Shown: piece by piece, positions 1-8,617 of the stretch
How positions within the stretch are numbered: position 1 is the first letter of the stretch
How the letters are laid out: each line of letters opens with the position of its first letter
DNA from: Candidatus Heimdallarchaeota archaeon
Lineage (GTDB): Archaea; Asgardarchaeota; Heimdallarchaeia; JABLTI01
Assembly (NCBI GenBank): GCA_018238155.1
Contig: JABCTZ010000002.1
Span: 1 to 16,928, forward strand
DNA length: 16,928 nt
Direction: 5' to 3'
Position numbers and translations under genes: made by a program
The notes under the pieces: generated by a model
The model's database searches: none
Told to the model about the DNA's origin: nothing
Seen by the model: the letters and a program-made list of their open reading frames with translations, nothing else

Positions 1-528
1 AGATTAATTCAAGCAATCAATAAAACTTCTCAAAAGGATGCGGAATTTTTCATTTCAGATATTAGTATTGATTATATGAAGAAAATGATTGAAACTACAT
101 ATGAAATAGGTTGGTTCTTAAAACTCGCTAGAGAAGTTTCACTCGAGAAAGCTAAAGAGATTGCAATAGATAACGAATCAGTTCAAAAGGCTTTTCTGTC
201 TGGGACTGTTACAGAATCTATAGTGACTTTTCAAGAAGTAGCTGAAATATATGAGGATAAAGGGCTAAAATTCATACAAAACATATCAAAAGATGATTTC
301 CATGTTTTTATCAAATGTGAAATTGAGGATGCCTTGACTTTCGAAAGGAATTTTGAAAAGGAAGGAGAAGTTGAGAGAATTATTGCTGAGCTCAAAGAAT
401 TAGCAGATTTGGTTAAACAAGTATCTGAAGAAAAAGAGCTGGAAATAAAAGCTTGTATAGTGGAAGTAGTCAAGGAGAAACAAGAAGAAAAGAAACTTAG
501 TGCTGAACGTACTAAAGCTATAAAATGA
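1..528 (+). CDS. 5'-truncated hypothetical alpha-helical (repeat-like) protein
   Basis: The frame of the 76..528 ORF is stop-free back to base 1 (RLIQAINKTSQKDAEFFISDISIDY before M76), so the gene probably starts outside the window. E/K-rich amphipathic helical sequence with no recognised family. Confidence 0.75.
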   Translation, partial: RLIQAINKTSQKDAEFFISDISIDYMKKMIETTYEIGWFLKLAREVSLEKAKEIAIDNESVQKAFLSGTVTESIVTFQEVAEIYEDKGLKFIQNISKDDFHVFIKCEIEDALTFERNFEKEGEVERIIAELKELADLVKQVSEEKELEIKACIVEVVKEKQEEKKLSAERTKAIK

Positions 529-643
529 CTTTAGAGTGTTTGTTAGTAAACACATTGAGAGGTTAATAATTCCAAGGTCTATAGTATAATCCACTCCTTC
601 TTTTCTTTACAAAAAATATTTATGCTTTCAAGAAGTCTTCTTT

Positions 644-874
644 ATGCAAGATCCCGAGAAAAAATCCACTGATTCTAAAGAAAAGGAGTCTAAAGATGCA
701 TTATCTGATCTTGCTGATAGACTTGTTAAAACCATGCCTGATGATTTGTATTATGCTACTAGACTTGATACTGCTGAATTAGATCGTTTAGAACGTGAAA
801 AGGAATTACGTCTTGTTAGGGCACTTAATGAACCACTTTCGGAAGAAACTGATGAAGAATCTATTGAAGACTGA
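644..874 (+). CDS. small acidic hypothetical protein (76 aa)
   Basis: ATG-initiated ORF with D/E-rich termini. An A-run plus TATTTATG about 20-27 nt upstream fits an archaeal BRE/TATA and leaderless mRNA. Hairpin gaatatcatt/aatgacattc (873-896) overlaps the stop. Confidence 0.7.
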   Translation: MQDPEKKSTDSKEKESKDALSDLADRLVKTMPDDLYYATRLDTAELDRLEREKELRLVRALNEPLSEETDEESIED

Positions 875-1076
875 ATATCATTAAACAATGACATTCTTTC
901 AAAGAAAAAAATTTGATCTATTTGGAGATAACAGTATATCTGTTTTTGACTAAGAAAAATGACGCACGTGAAGGTAGGATGAACAGAAAATATGAAATAA
1001 ACTATGATAATAAAAAAACAATAATCTATTTAGATGACCATAATATACAATTCTAAGGATATTTAATTTATTTAGG

Positions 1077-2384
1077 TTGCAAGAAAACATGGAAGAAATG
1101 ATAGAGAAACCTTGGTACGAAGATCCTTTCATTCAAGAAATGATGGGATTGATGGGTTCAAGGTCAATGCGGAGTATCATGTCAGGATTTAAGTCGAATT
1201 TAGTTTTTGCAGGTGAGAATGGCATGAGTGATGCTGCAAGATATCTTGATAAAACACTCTTTGATGATGAGAAGCGAATTTTAATAATAGCTGATTCCTT
1301 CACGAAGAAATTCTTTTCAAAGATAGAGAAAGGGTTCAAAAAATATGATTTTAAATTCAGAATTTGGGATGGGTGTATACCTGAAGTTCCTTATTATACA
1401 ATTGAGGAAGGAGTGAAAATATGCCAAGAATTTAAACCTACAGTAATTGTGGCCTTAGGTGGAGGTAGTGTAATAGATACGGCAAAAGTAGTCAATATTA
1501 AATATGAAAAACCGGAATTAAATCTGTTGCAAATTGATGTTGTATCTGGAGCAATTGGTTTGCATCGTAAAGTTAAGCATCTTGTAGCAATTCCTACGAC
1601 TATAGGTACCGGTTCAGAAGCAACTACAACTGCTATCTTGAATGATACTAGAAGAGAACCACACAAAAAAATAGCCGTAACTTGTGACGACATTCTTCCA
1701 ACAGTGGTTATTTTGCATCCTGATTTTGTGAAAAAATTGCCACCATATCTAATAGCTGGTACAGGATTAGACACCTTTGCTCACGCAGTTGGTGCTTTTG
1801 TTTCTAATTGGAATAATCCGTATACTTCAGCAATTAATTTGACTGCTATTAAAGAGACAATCCATTATTTGCCCAGACTAGTAAAATATGGTTCTAAAGA
1901 TGTAGAAGGATTTGAACACATGCAATGGGCTGCTTTAATGGCTGGTTTAGGTTTTTCAAATACAATGCCTGGAATTGAGCATGCTTTAGGGCACAGTTTT
2001 GGTGCTGTAATGAATACTCATCATGGTATGTCTGTTGGATTGTTTACTCCACAATCAGTTGCCTGGCAAGCAAAAGTAACTGAGAGATGGAAGGATCTCT
2101 GCCCCCTCTTTGATTTAGATATTACTGGAATGCCGCGAAAGAAGGCATTGAATGCTTTGCTTCATGAGATGCAACTCTTCATAAGAAAAGTAAATGGATT
2201 TGCTTCTGTGAGTGAATTCAAGAATCCGGTAATTAAACAAAAGGACTACCAAAAAGCTATCCCATTAATGGCTGAATTTGCTTTAAATGACATCGCTCAT
2301 CTAGCCTCTTATCGTCCATTAAAACTTAATCATTACAAGAAAATGTTCGAAGCTGCCTGGGATTCAAAGGAACTGGTGCTATAA
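1077..2384 (+). CDS. iron-containing (type III) alcohol dehydrogenase
   Basis: Family motifs GGGSVID (NAD(P) binding), IPTTIGTGSE, and metal ligands in LDTFAH, EHALGH and HHG. True start may be ATG 1089 or 1098 rather than TTG 1077. Confidence 0.93.
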   Translation: MQENMEEMIEKPWYEDPFIQEMMGLMGSRSMRSIMSGFKSNLVFAGENGMSDAARYLDKTLFDDEKRILIIADSFTKKFFSKIEKGFKKYDFKFRIWDGCIPEVPYYTIEEGVKICQEFKPTVIVALGGGSVIDTAKVVNIKYEKPELNLLQIDVVSGAIGLHRKVKHLVAIPTTIGTGSEATTTAILNDTRREPHKKIAVTCDDILPTVVILHPDFVKKLPPYLIAGTGLDTFAHAVGAFVSNWNNPYTSAINLTAIKETIHYLPRLVKYGSKDVEGFEHMQWAALMAGLGFSNTMPGIEHALGHSFGAVMNTHHGMSVGLFTPQSVAWQAKVTERWKDLCPLFDLDITGMPRKKALNALLHEMQLFIRKVNGFASVSEFKNPVIKQKDYQKAIPLMAEFALNDIAHLASYRPLKLNHYKKMFEAAWDSKELVL

Positions 2385-2390
2385 GGAGGA
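2383..2390 (+). promoter_or_regulatory. Shine-Dalgarno site for aor
   Basis: AAGGAGGA 10 nt upstream of ATG 2401, overlapping the adh stop codon, which supports an adh-aor operon. Confidence 0.75.
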
Positions 2391-2400
2391 ATCTAGTAAG

Positions 2401-4767
2401 ATGAGTGATATTATCGGTTATAATGGAAAAATAGCTTATGTTAATTTAACAAAATTAGAAGTAAAGATTGAACCATTGAATGAGCGAATTGCTCGAGATT
2501 ATCTTGGAGGAGCAGGTCTTAGTGCGAAGCTCATTTATGATCTTCTTGATGAAGCGGATTATAAAACACTAAAACAAGATCCTTATTCACCAATCAACCC
2601 ATTAGTTTTCGCTACTGGTCCTGTATCCGGAACAGATCGACCTGCATCTGGAAGATATTCCGTCTGTGCAATATCTCCCTTAACAAACATCTGGGGTGAA
2701 TCGACATCTGGTGGATTTTTCTGTATCGATTTACGAAATAGTGGATTTGATGCAATAGTATTCACTGGAAAAGCAAAGAAACCAACTTATTTGTTTCTCT
2801 CCGAAGGAAAGTTTGAATTTAAAGATGCCAACAAATTTTGGGGCAAAGATACTTACAAAACGCAAGAAGCAATTAGAGAAGCACACGATAACAGCAGTTT
2901 GAAAGTTGCTTGTATTGGTCCCGCGGGTGAAAAACTAGTAAGATATGCTTGTATAATGAATGATGAAGGACGTGCAGCAGGACGATGTGGAATGGGCTCT
3001 ATTATGGGTTCGAAGAATCTGAAAGCAATTGCTATCGTTGGTTCTCCAGATAATATTCTTCAAACACCAAATAAAAAAGCGATACGAGAACTTCGAAAGA
3101 ACATTAATTTTATAATGGAAGATGATCTTGTTGGCTCAATTTCTACAAAAGTAATGAACATATTTGGAACGAATACTTACATGGATATGGGCTCTTTTGC
3201 AGGAGATGTACCTGCTTATTACTTTACTGAAACAGAGTTCCCAGCTGAATTGTTAACATCCAAGACATTGAAAGAAGAGTACCCAACATTTATTTCCGGT
3301 TGTGCAAGATGTCCATTACAGTGTGCAAAACAAACAGTAGTTCCAGTAGATGGACAAGAAATTGTTGTTGATGGACCAGAATATGAGTCTGTAGCAGCAT
3401 ATGGTTCTCTTACAGGAACATTTGACTCAAAACCGGTTATTCTTGCTCATCATTACGGAAATGTCTATGGTATAGATACCATTTCCAGTGGAGTAGTTAT
3501 TGCTTTCTTAATATATCTCGTTGAAAACAATATCGCAACTAAAGCTGTCAAAACTCATCTGAAAGAAATCAAAATGGAAGACATAAGATGGGGAAATAGT
3601 GAACTTATTCTCAAATTACTGAAATTAATCAGTGAACGAAAAGGTATCGGTGATCTTCTTGCAGAGGGAGTTAGGATAATGGCTGAGAAGCTTGGAGTAG
3701 ATCCAGAGCTTGGCGCTCATGTAAAGGGTTTAGAAATTCCAATGCATGATGCCCGAGCCTATGCAGGTCAAGCACTTTCCTATATGACTGCTTGTTGTGG
3801 AGCAAATCATCAGAAATGTGATTGGTTCCAAGTAGAAACACAATCAATCTCATTCCCTGAATATAAAATAAATCCTGGTAATAGATTTGATATCACTGGC
3901 AGGGAAGAAGGTGTTGTTGCTTTTCAAGACATTCGTGCAATTGATGATTCTGCTGTGAGCTGTGATTTTGAAACACCACCAAAATTCAGTGATGTTGCTA
4001 AATATATTTCATACGCGACAGATTTCAAGTACACCCCAAAAATGCTTCTTCAAGTAGGAGAACGAATGACCAATATTAAGCGTTTGATTTCTTGTAATTT
4101 AGGTATTACTCGAGAGGACGATCGGTTGCCAAAGATAGCAACTCAAATTCTAAAAAGTGGTCCAACTGAAGGTGTTAAACTTGACTTGGAGCAAAATCTC
4201 AAAACCTATTATAACATTCGTGGTTGGGATTGGAAGACAGGTAGACCTACACAAGCAAAATTAGAAGAGCTTCGAATAATTGGTGATGATAGTGATGTCA
4301 TTGTGGAAGCTAAGGAGTACAAAACCTCCAATGAAATATTTGAGGAAATGGAAAAACGCAAAAAGAAATACATCCCTCTTCTAAGAGCTAAAAATATTCA
4401 AACAGAAGATATGGAAGAGTACCTAGGTTTCATAGCATTATTTGCTCAATGTGAAGAAGATTTCTATGACGAATTTGGTGATTTACAAGATGGTATTCAA
4501 TTAGCCATTAAATCATTGCCACAAGAACAATGGTATTGGTTGTATCTGAATAAAGGAAACTTTAGCGCAGGTAGAGGAAAAATGGATATGCCAACTTTGA
4601 CCTTAACATTCCGAACTCAACAAGTCTACGATGATGTCATGAACATGAAACTCAATCCAGTAACAGCTGTACTTTCAAGTCGTCTCAAAGTTAAACCAAT
4701 GGGTAAAGTGAAAATCTTTCAGAATTTCATTGGATTGTATTTAAACAAATTCAAGTTAAAATTTTGA
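2401..4767 (+). CDS. aor: tungsten-pterin aldehyde:ferredoxin oxidoreductase family protein with C-terminal SCP2 (sterol carrier protein 2-like) domain
   Basis: AOR motifs: GYNGKIAYVNL, YLGGAGL, SPLTNIWGESTSGG, ACIGPAGE, AAGRCGMGSIMGSKNLKAI, [4Fe-4S] CARCPLQC, GPEYES, GIDTIS, DDRLP, YYNIRGWD. The extra ~150 aa C-terminus (YWLYLNKG...PTLTLTF...KLNPVTAVLSSRLKVK) matches the SCP2 pattern. Confidence 0.93.
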   Translation: MSDIIGYNGKIAYVNLTKLEVKIEPLNERIARDYLGGAGLSAKLIYDLLDEADYKTLKQDPYSPINPLVFATGPVSGTDRPASGRYSVCAISPLTNIWGESTSGGFFCIDLRNSGFDAIVFTGKAKKPTYLFLSEGKFEFKDANKFWGKDTYKTQEAIREAHDNSSLKVACIGPAGEKLVRYACIMNDEGRAAGRCGMGSIMGSKNLKAIAIVGSPDNILQTPNKKAIRELRKNINFIMEDDLVGSISTKVMNIFGTNTYMDMGSFAGDVPAYYFTETEFPAELLTSKTLKEEYPTFISGCARCPLQCAKQTVVPVDGQEIVVDGPEYESVAAYGSLTGTFDSKPVILAHHYGNVYGIDTISSGVVIAFLIYLVENNIATKAVKTHLKEIKMEDIRWGNSELILKLLKLISERKGIGDLLAEGVRIMAEKLGVDPELGAHVKGLEIPMHDARAYAGQALSYMTACCGANHQKCDWFQVETQSISFPEYKINPGNRFDITGREEGVVAFQDIRAIDDSAVSCDFETPPKFSDVAKYISYATDFKYTPKMLLQVGERMTNIKRLISCNLGITREDDRLPKIATQILKSGPTEGVKLDLEQNLKTYYNIRGWDWKTGRPTQAKLEELRIIGDDSDVIVEAKEYKTSNEIFEEMEKRKKKYIPLLRAKNIQTEDMEEYLGFIALFAQCEEDFYDEFGDLQDGIQLAIKSLPQEQWYWLYLNKGNFSAGRGKMDMPTLTLTFRTQQVYDDVMNMKLNPVTAVLSSRLKVKPMGKVKIFQNFIGLYLNKFKLKF

Positions 4768-4792
4768 AAAGATTTCATTCTTTTCCTTTTTT
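4766..4792 (+). terminator. stem-loop plus U-tract after aor
   Basis: gaaaaga (4766-4772) pairs with tcttttc (4779-4785), then c and six t. The stem overlaps the TGA stop. Confidence 0.55.
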
Positions 4793-4843
4793 CGATAGAA
4801 ACATGGAAATGTTAATCAACGAGCACTACTCAGTAATTTCAGC

Positions 4844-5461
4844 ATGTCTGATAAAGAAGAACCAAAATTTCACCGAGATAAAGAAGGAAAAATAAAGAAA
4901 ATAATAGATACTTTTCTTGTAATGCTTAATAAGATGGAATATAGTGAAATAAGTACCAATAAAATCGCCAAGGAGGCAGAAGTAAGCATTGGTACACTCT
5001 ATAACTATTTTAGAAATAAAGAAGAAATTTTGCAATTTATTTTCAGCAACATCTCAGAGGATATTATTGAATTGGAAGACGTTATGAAAATCATTGTTGA
5101 ACGAGATTTGCATGCAACTAAAAAATTCATTGCTAACTATTTAAAAAATCATCAAGATTATTACTCATTAAATAAGGCTCACGATCAAGCAATGATCATA
5201 AATCAGAACATCTTTTTAGCCTTTCAAGAAACTATTAGAGCATATGTTAGCTCCTATTTGAAAATTGCTCGAGAGAATAAGTTCGATTTTGGTTCTGCAA
5301 CTGATGAGGTGTTAACCAAGGTTTTCTTAATTGTTTTAAATATCATTGATACACAAGTACATCATCATCTATTCCGAAAACAGGTTTTCGATTCTGATAC
5401 TGATCTAATAAATTATCTTGCTGAATTGTTTCAGTTTACACTCAACCTATATTTATCATAA
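4844..5461 (+). CDS. TetR/AcrR family transcriptional regulator
   Basis: N-terminal HTH ISTNKIAKEAEVSIGTLYNYFRNKEEIL; 205 aa; helical C-terminal domain. Confidence 0.93.
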   Translation: MSDKEEPKFHRDKEGKIKKIIDTFLVMLNKMEYSEISTNKIAKEAEVSIGTLYNYFRNKEEILQFIFSNISEDIIELEDVMKIIVERDLHATKKFIANYLKNHQDYYSLNKAHDQAMIINQNIFLAFQETIRAYVSSYLKIARENKFDFGSATDEVLTKVFLIVLNIIDTQVHHHLFRKQVFDSDTDLINYLAELFQFTLNLYLS

Positions 5462-5468
5462 CCTAAAG

Positions 5469-5529
5469 TAGCTATCAAAACAGTCCTCATCTCTTCTCTG
5501 TATATTATACTGAGGGAGCTATTTTTTTT
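5469..5529 (+). terminator. stem-loop plus U-tract after tetR
   Basis: tagct (5469-5473)/agcta (5517-5521) and cctca (5485-5489)/tgagg (5511-5515), followed by eight t. Confidence 0.45.
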
Positions 5530-5560
5530 GGAAAAGGATTCTCCATGGAAGGTAATAGAA

Positions 5561-5677
5561 ATGAGAGAGAGAAATAGAAATTATTGTGGGTTATTTGTAT
5601 TGATTTTCTTATTGTCTATTATACTTCATAGGCACAAATTGCACAACAGTAAAACAATACCTATTTTCTCTCTCTAG
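5561..5677 (+). CDS. candidate small membrane peptide (38 aa, MRERNRNYCGLFVLIFLLSIILHRHKLHNSKTIPIFSL)
   Basis: Translated by hand (below the ORF-track cutoff). SD-like GGAAGGT at 5547-5553; basic N-terminus, 13-residue hydrophobic core, then a His/basic patch. Confidence 0.35.
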   Translation: MRERNRNYCGLFVLIFLLSIILHRHKLHNSKTIPIFSL

Positions 5678-5819
5678 CTTTGGAGACAAATCTCCTTGAA
5701 ATTCTTTCTGAATTCATATTCAAGTGAACTTAAAATTGGATAACAGTTAAAATTTGTCGATAGAAAATCTTTTGTATGAATTGTGCTTGACGTAGAGATA
5801 GCATTTTAAGGTGGTAAAA

Positions 5820-8456
5820 ATGAAATTAAATAAAATAATCACGATTGCAATTGTTTCTCTGTTTTTAATTAGTAGTTTGACTATGATGTCAATCAATGAA
5901 AAACAGGAAAGAGAAGAAGATTTCCAAGTTTCATCCTTAGGGTTACCTCCAATACCTGATGAAATTCTCTCAATAAATGGATTCAGTGAACAAATAACCG
6001 AGCTTGGTCAATGGGACGAATGTTATGACTCAGCAAAGCAATTAGAAGTCGTTGATGATTTGCTCTATCTAGCGTCTGCTGATAACGGATTGACGATATT
6101 TAATATTTCAGATAATACTTCGCCTGTTTTTATAGATAATTTTGAATGTAGATTAAAAGTTGATGATGTTGCTGTCAAGGACGATTTTGCCTACTTGGCT
6201 GTAGGTGTAGATGGAATAATAACATTGAATATTTCAGATCCAGAAAATATGTTTGAAGCAGAAACGTATGATGATTCAACGGGTACTGTTCATGATGTTG
6301 ACATTCAGGGGAATTATCTCTATACCGCAGATTGGGATGGAGGTGTAGAAGTAATTAATATAACGAATCCTCTAAGTCAAGTGAAAGTAGATGATTATGC
6401 CAATGGTACTGCTTATTCTAGAGCTGTTTATGTCCATGGGTCATATATCTTTTCCGCAGTTAATGATTATGGAATGGATATTGTTAATGCAACCGATTTA
6501 ACAAATCTAACCAAGATAGCGAATTTCGACACAAACGGTTATACATTTGCTGTAGCAGTAAGTGGAAATTACGCGTATCTTGCAGATGGTGTTAATGGCA
6601 TCATAGTTGCAAATCTAACTGATATTGAGAATCCAGAGTATGTCACGGGTTATGATCCTGTTAGTCCCGGTAGTTATACTATTGGTGTATGTATAAGTGG
6701 TGATGTTCTATATGCAGCAGATGGATCGGGTGGGGTAGTAGTACTAAATATCTCTGATCCTGGAAATCTGGTATTGATAACTATTTATGCCGGGTATTCT
6801 GCAAATACAGTTTATCTAAATGCAGATACTTTGTATGTATGCCGGAATCAGGAAGGTTTTAGAATATATGATGTATCTAATCCTGCATCCTCATCACTAT
6901 TATGTAGTTATGTCTGGACTAAGAATATCCATGACGTATGCGTAGTTGGAAACATTGCCTATTTGGCAGCCTATGATAGTGGTCTAGTAATACTGAATAT
7001 TACTGATAAGAGTAATCCAGAAAAAATAGCTCAATATACAACTGCGGCAGCTAGTCGAATCATAGTATTGGATGATTTAGCTTATCTCTGTAAGGGAACA
7101 GCTGGGATAACCATTCTCAATGTTTCAGATCCAGAAAATCCTTCATATGAAGGAAGTTATTTTAAATCAGGAACAAAAATGTTTGATATAGAAGTCAGAG
7201 GTGATATTGCTTATTTGGCACAAGGAAGCGAAGGATTAGGCCTACTAAATATCAGTGATTTAAGCAATCTAAACATTATTTCTGAAATAAAAGATGGAAA
7301 TCAATCCTTTGGTCTTGATTTGGAAGGAAACTACACTTTTATGGCTGATTTTACAGGTGGCATTACTATCATCAACATAACCGATCCAAGCAATCTACAA
7401 TATGTCGGTTACTATTATGTTAGTGGTTATTACCGAGATATAATAGTAGATGGTGATATTGCCTTTGCTCTAAAGGACTATGATGGTGTAGAAATTCTTA
7501 ATATAAGTGATTTCAAGAATATTGCCTACATAGACAATATAGACCCTGTAATAGTGAGTTCTTATTATTCTGGTTTTCATCGTGAAAGTAATTACATATA
7601 CATTACTACATCTAAGGCAGGTTTGTATGTCTACAACTGTACTAACGTAAATAGTCCAACTCAACTTGGAAAATATTACGATGATGATGGAGAAGGTCAA
7701 GATATTTTTGCGGTAAATGGAACAATCTATTCTGCAGATCATTATGGTGGATTGGAGATTTCATTAATTGATACAGATGGAGATCAATTAAGTGATGTAG
7801 AAGAAGTAGAATATTACGGTTCTAACCCGAATTCTGGTGATACAGACGGAGATACTCTAGGTGATTATGATGAAGTATTCACTTTCTTTACCGATCCAAC
7901 TTTAGCAGATACAGATAGTGATGGTTTAGATGATTATGAAGAGCTGGTTGCAGGTAATGATACTCATATTACTGATCCCAACGACTCCGATAGCGATGCG
8001 GATGGGTTAAACGATGGTGAGGAATATACTGAAGGAACTGATCCTAATGATGATGACAGTGATGATGACGGTTTAACAGATGGAGCTGAAGTTAACACTT
8101 ATCTCACCGATCCAAATGACGATGATTCTGATGATGATACCATCCTCGATGGAGAAGAAGTTGTTGCCGGTGCAGATGGTTTTGTTACCGATCCCAATGA
8201 TGTTGATACAGATGGAGATGGCATCAATGATAATGTTGAGATCGCTGATGGTACAGATCCCACAGATGCAAATGATCCTCCTGAGCCAACACCTACCCCA
8301 ACTCCAACACCAACGCCCACCACAACCCCTGCAAATACAACTACTCCAACAGAAGATGGTGCTTTTATTGGTGGACTTGTTAGCCTCTGTATTGTTACTT
8401 CTGTTGCTTTATTTGTTATTTTGACAGTTGAACGAAGAAAGAAATATTACAATTAA
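5820..8456 (+). CDS. cell-surface protein: signal/anchor, 14 LVIVD repeats, 7 TSP3-like Ca-binding repeats, Pro/Thr linker, C-terminal TM with basic tail
   Basis: Repeats such as AYLAAYDSGLVILNITDKSNP (14 counted); DxDxDxLxD motifs (7 counted); PTPTPTPT; TM then RRKK. AAGGTGG at 5808-5814 reads as an RBS for ATG 5820 rather than GTG 5811 being the start. Confidence 0.9.
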   Translation: MKLNKIITIAIVSLFLISSLTMMSINEKQEREEDFQVSSLGLPPIPDEILSINGFSEQITELGQWDECYDSAKQLEVVDDLLYLASADNGLTIFNISDNTSPVFIDNFECRLKVDDVAVKDDFAYLAVGVDGIITLNISDPENMFEAETYDDSTGTVHDVDIQGNYLYTADWDGGVEVINITNPLSQVKVDDYANGTAYSRAVYVHGSYIFSAVNDYGMDIVNATDLTNLTKIANFDTNGYTFAVAVSGNYAYLADGVNGIIVANLTDIENPEYVTGYDPVSPGSYTIGVCISGDVLYAADGSGGVVVLNISDPGNLVLITIYAGYSANTVYLNADTLYVCRNQEGFRIYDVSNPASSSLLCSYVWTKNIHDVCVVGNIAYLAAYDSGLVILNITDKSNPEKIAQYTTAAASRIIVLDDLAYLCKGTAGITILNVSDPENPSYEGSYFKSGTKMFDIEVRGDIAYLAQGSEGLGLLNISDLSNLNIISEIKDGNQSFGLDLEGNYTFMADFTGGITIINITDPSNLQYVGYYYVSGYYRDIIVDGDIAFALKDYDGVEILNISDFKNIAYIDNIDPVIVSSYYSGFHRESNYIYITTSKAGLYVYNCTNVNSPTQLGKYYDDDGEGQDIFAVNGTIYSADHYGGLEISLIDTDGDQLSDVEEVEYYGSNPNSGDTDGDTLGDYDEVFTFFTDPTLADTDSDGLDDYEELVAGNDTHITDPNDSDSDADGLNDGEEYTEGTDPNDDDSDDDGLTDGAEVNTYLTDPNDDDSDDDTILDGEEVVAGADGFVTDPNDVDTDGDGINDNVEIADGTDPTDANDPPEPTPTPTPTPTPTTTPANTTTPTEDGAFIGGLVSLCIVTSVALFVILTVERRKKYYN
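8277..8352 (+). repeat. Pro/Thr low-complexity linker coding repeat
   Basis: Degenerate CCN-ACN hexamer run encoding PPEPTPTPTPTPTPTTTPANTTTPT. Confidence 0.8.
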
Positions 8457-8487
8457 AGTGGTTTTTTTATTCCACTTTCTTTTTTTT
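8455..8487 (+). terminator. stem-loop plus U-tract
   Basis: aaagtgg (8455-8461)/ccacttt (8472-8478), then c and eight t; overlaps the TAA stop. Confidence 0.65.
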
Positions 8488-8617
8488 ATATCATGCTTTG
8501 ATTAACATTCTTTTCTTGATTAATTCAAAAAAATACTGTAGTTCAAATGGTTAATTTATATTCAGCTCTTATTGGAAAGCTTTTTGATAATAAAAACGGT
8601 AATCTATTTGGTTTCAC

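Noticed and set aside
930-970. TetR operator candidates aacag-tatat-ctgtt (930-944) and cacgtg (965-970)
   Set aside because: Short arms, no second copy near adh or tetR; expected by chance.
231-5035. Minus-strand ORFs 231..473, 400..594, 950..1132, 1133..1339, 1394..1774, 2583..2765, 3671..3853, 4826..5035
   Set aside because: Antisense shadows overlapping well-supported + strand genes, with S/F/I-biased composition and no motifs.
7770-8280. CRISPR-like or diversity-generating repeats in the Asp-rich region
   Set aside because: These are in-frame, codon-degenerate protein repeats; no constant repeat-spacer pattern, cas gene or reverse transcriptase in the window.
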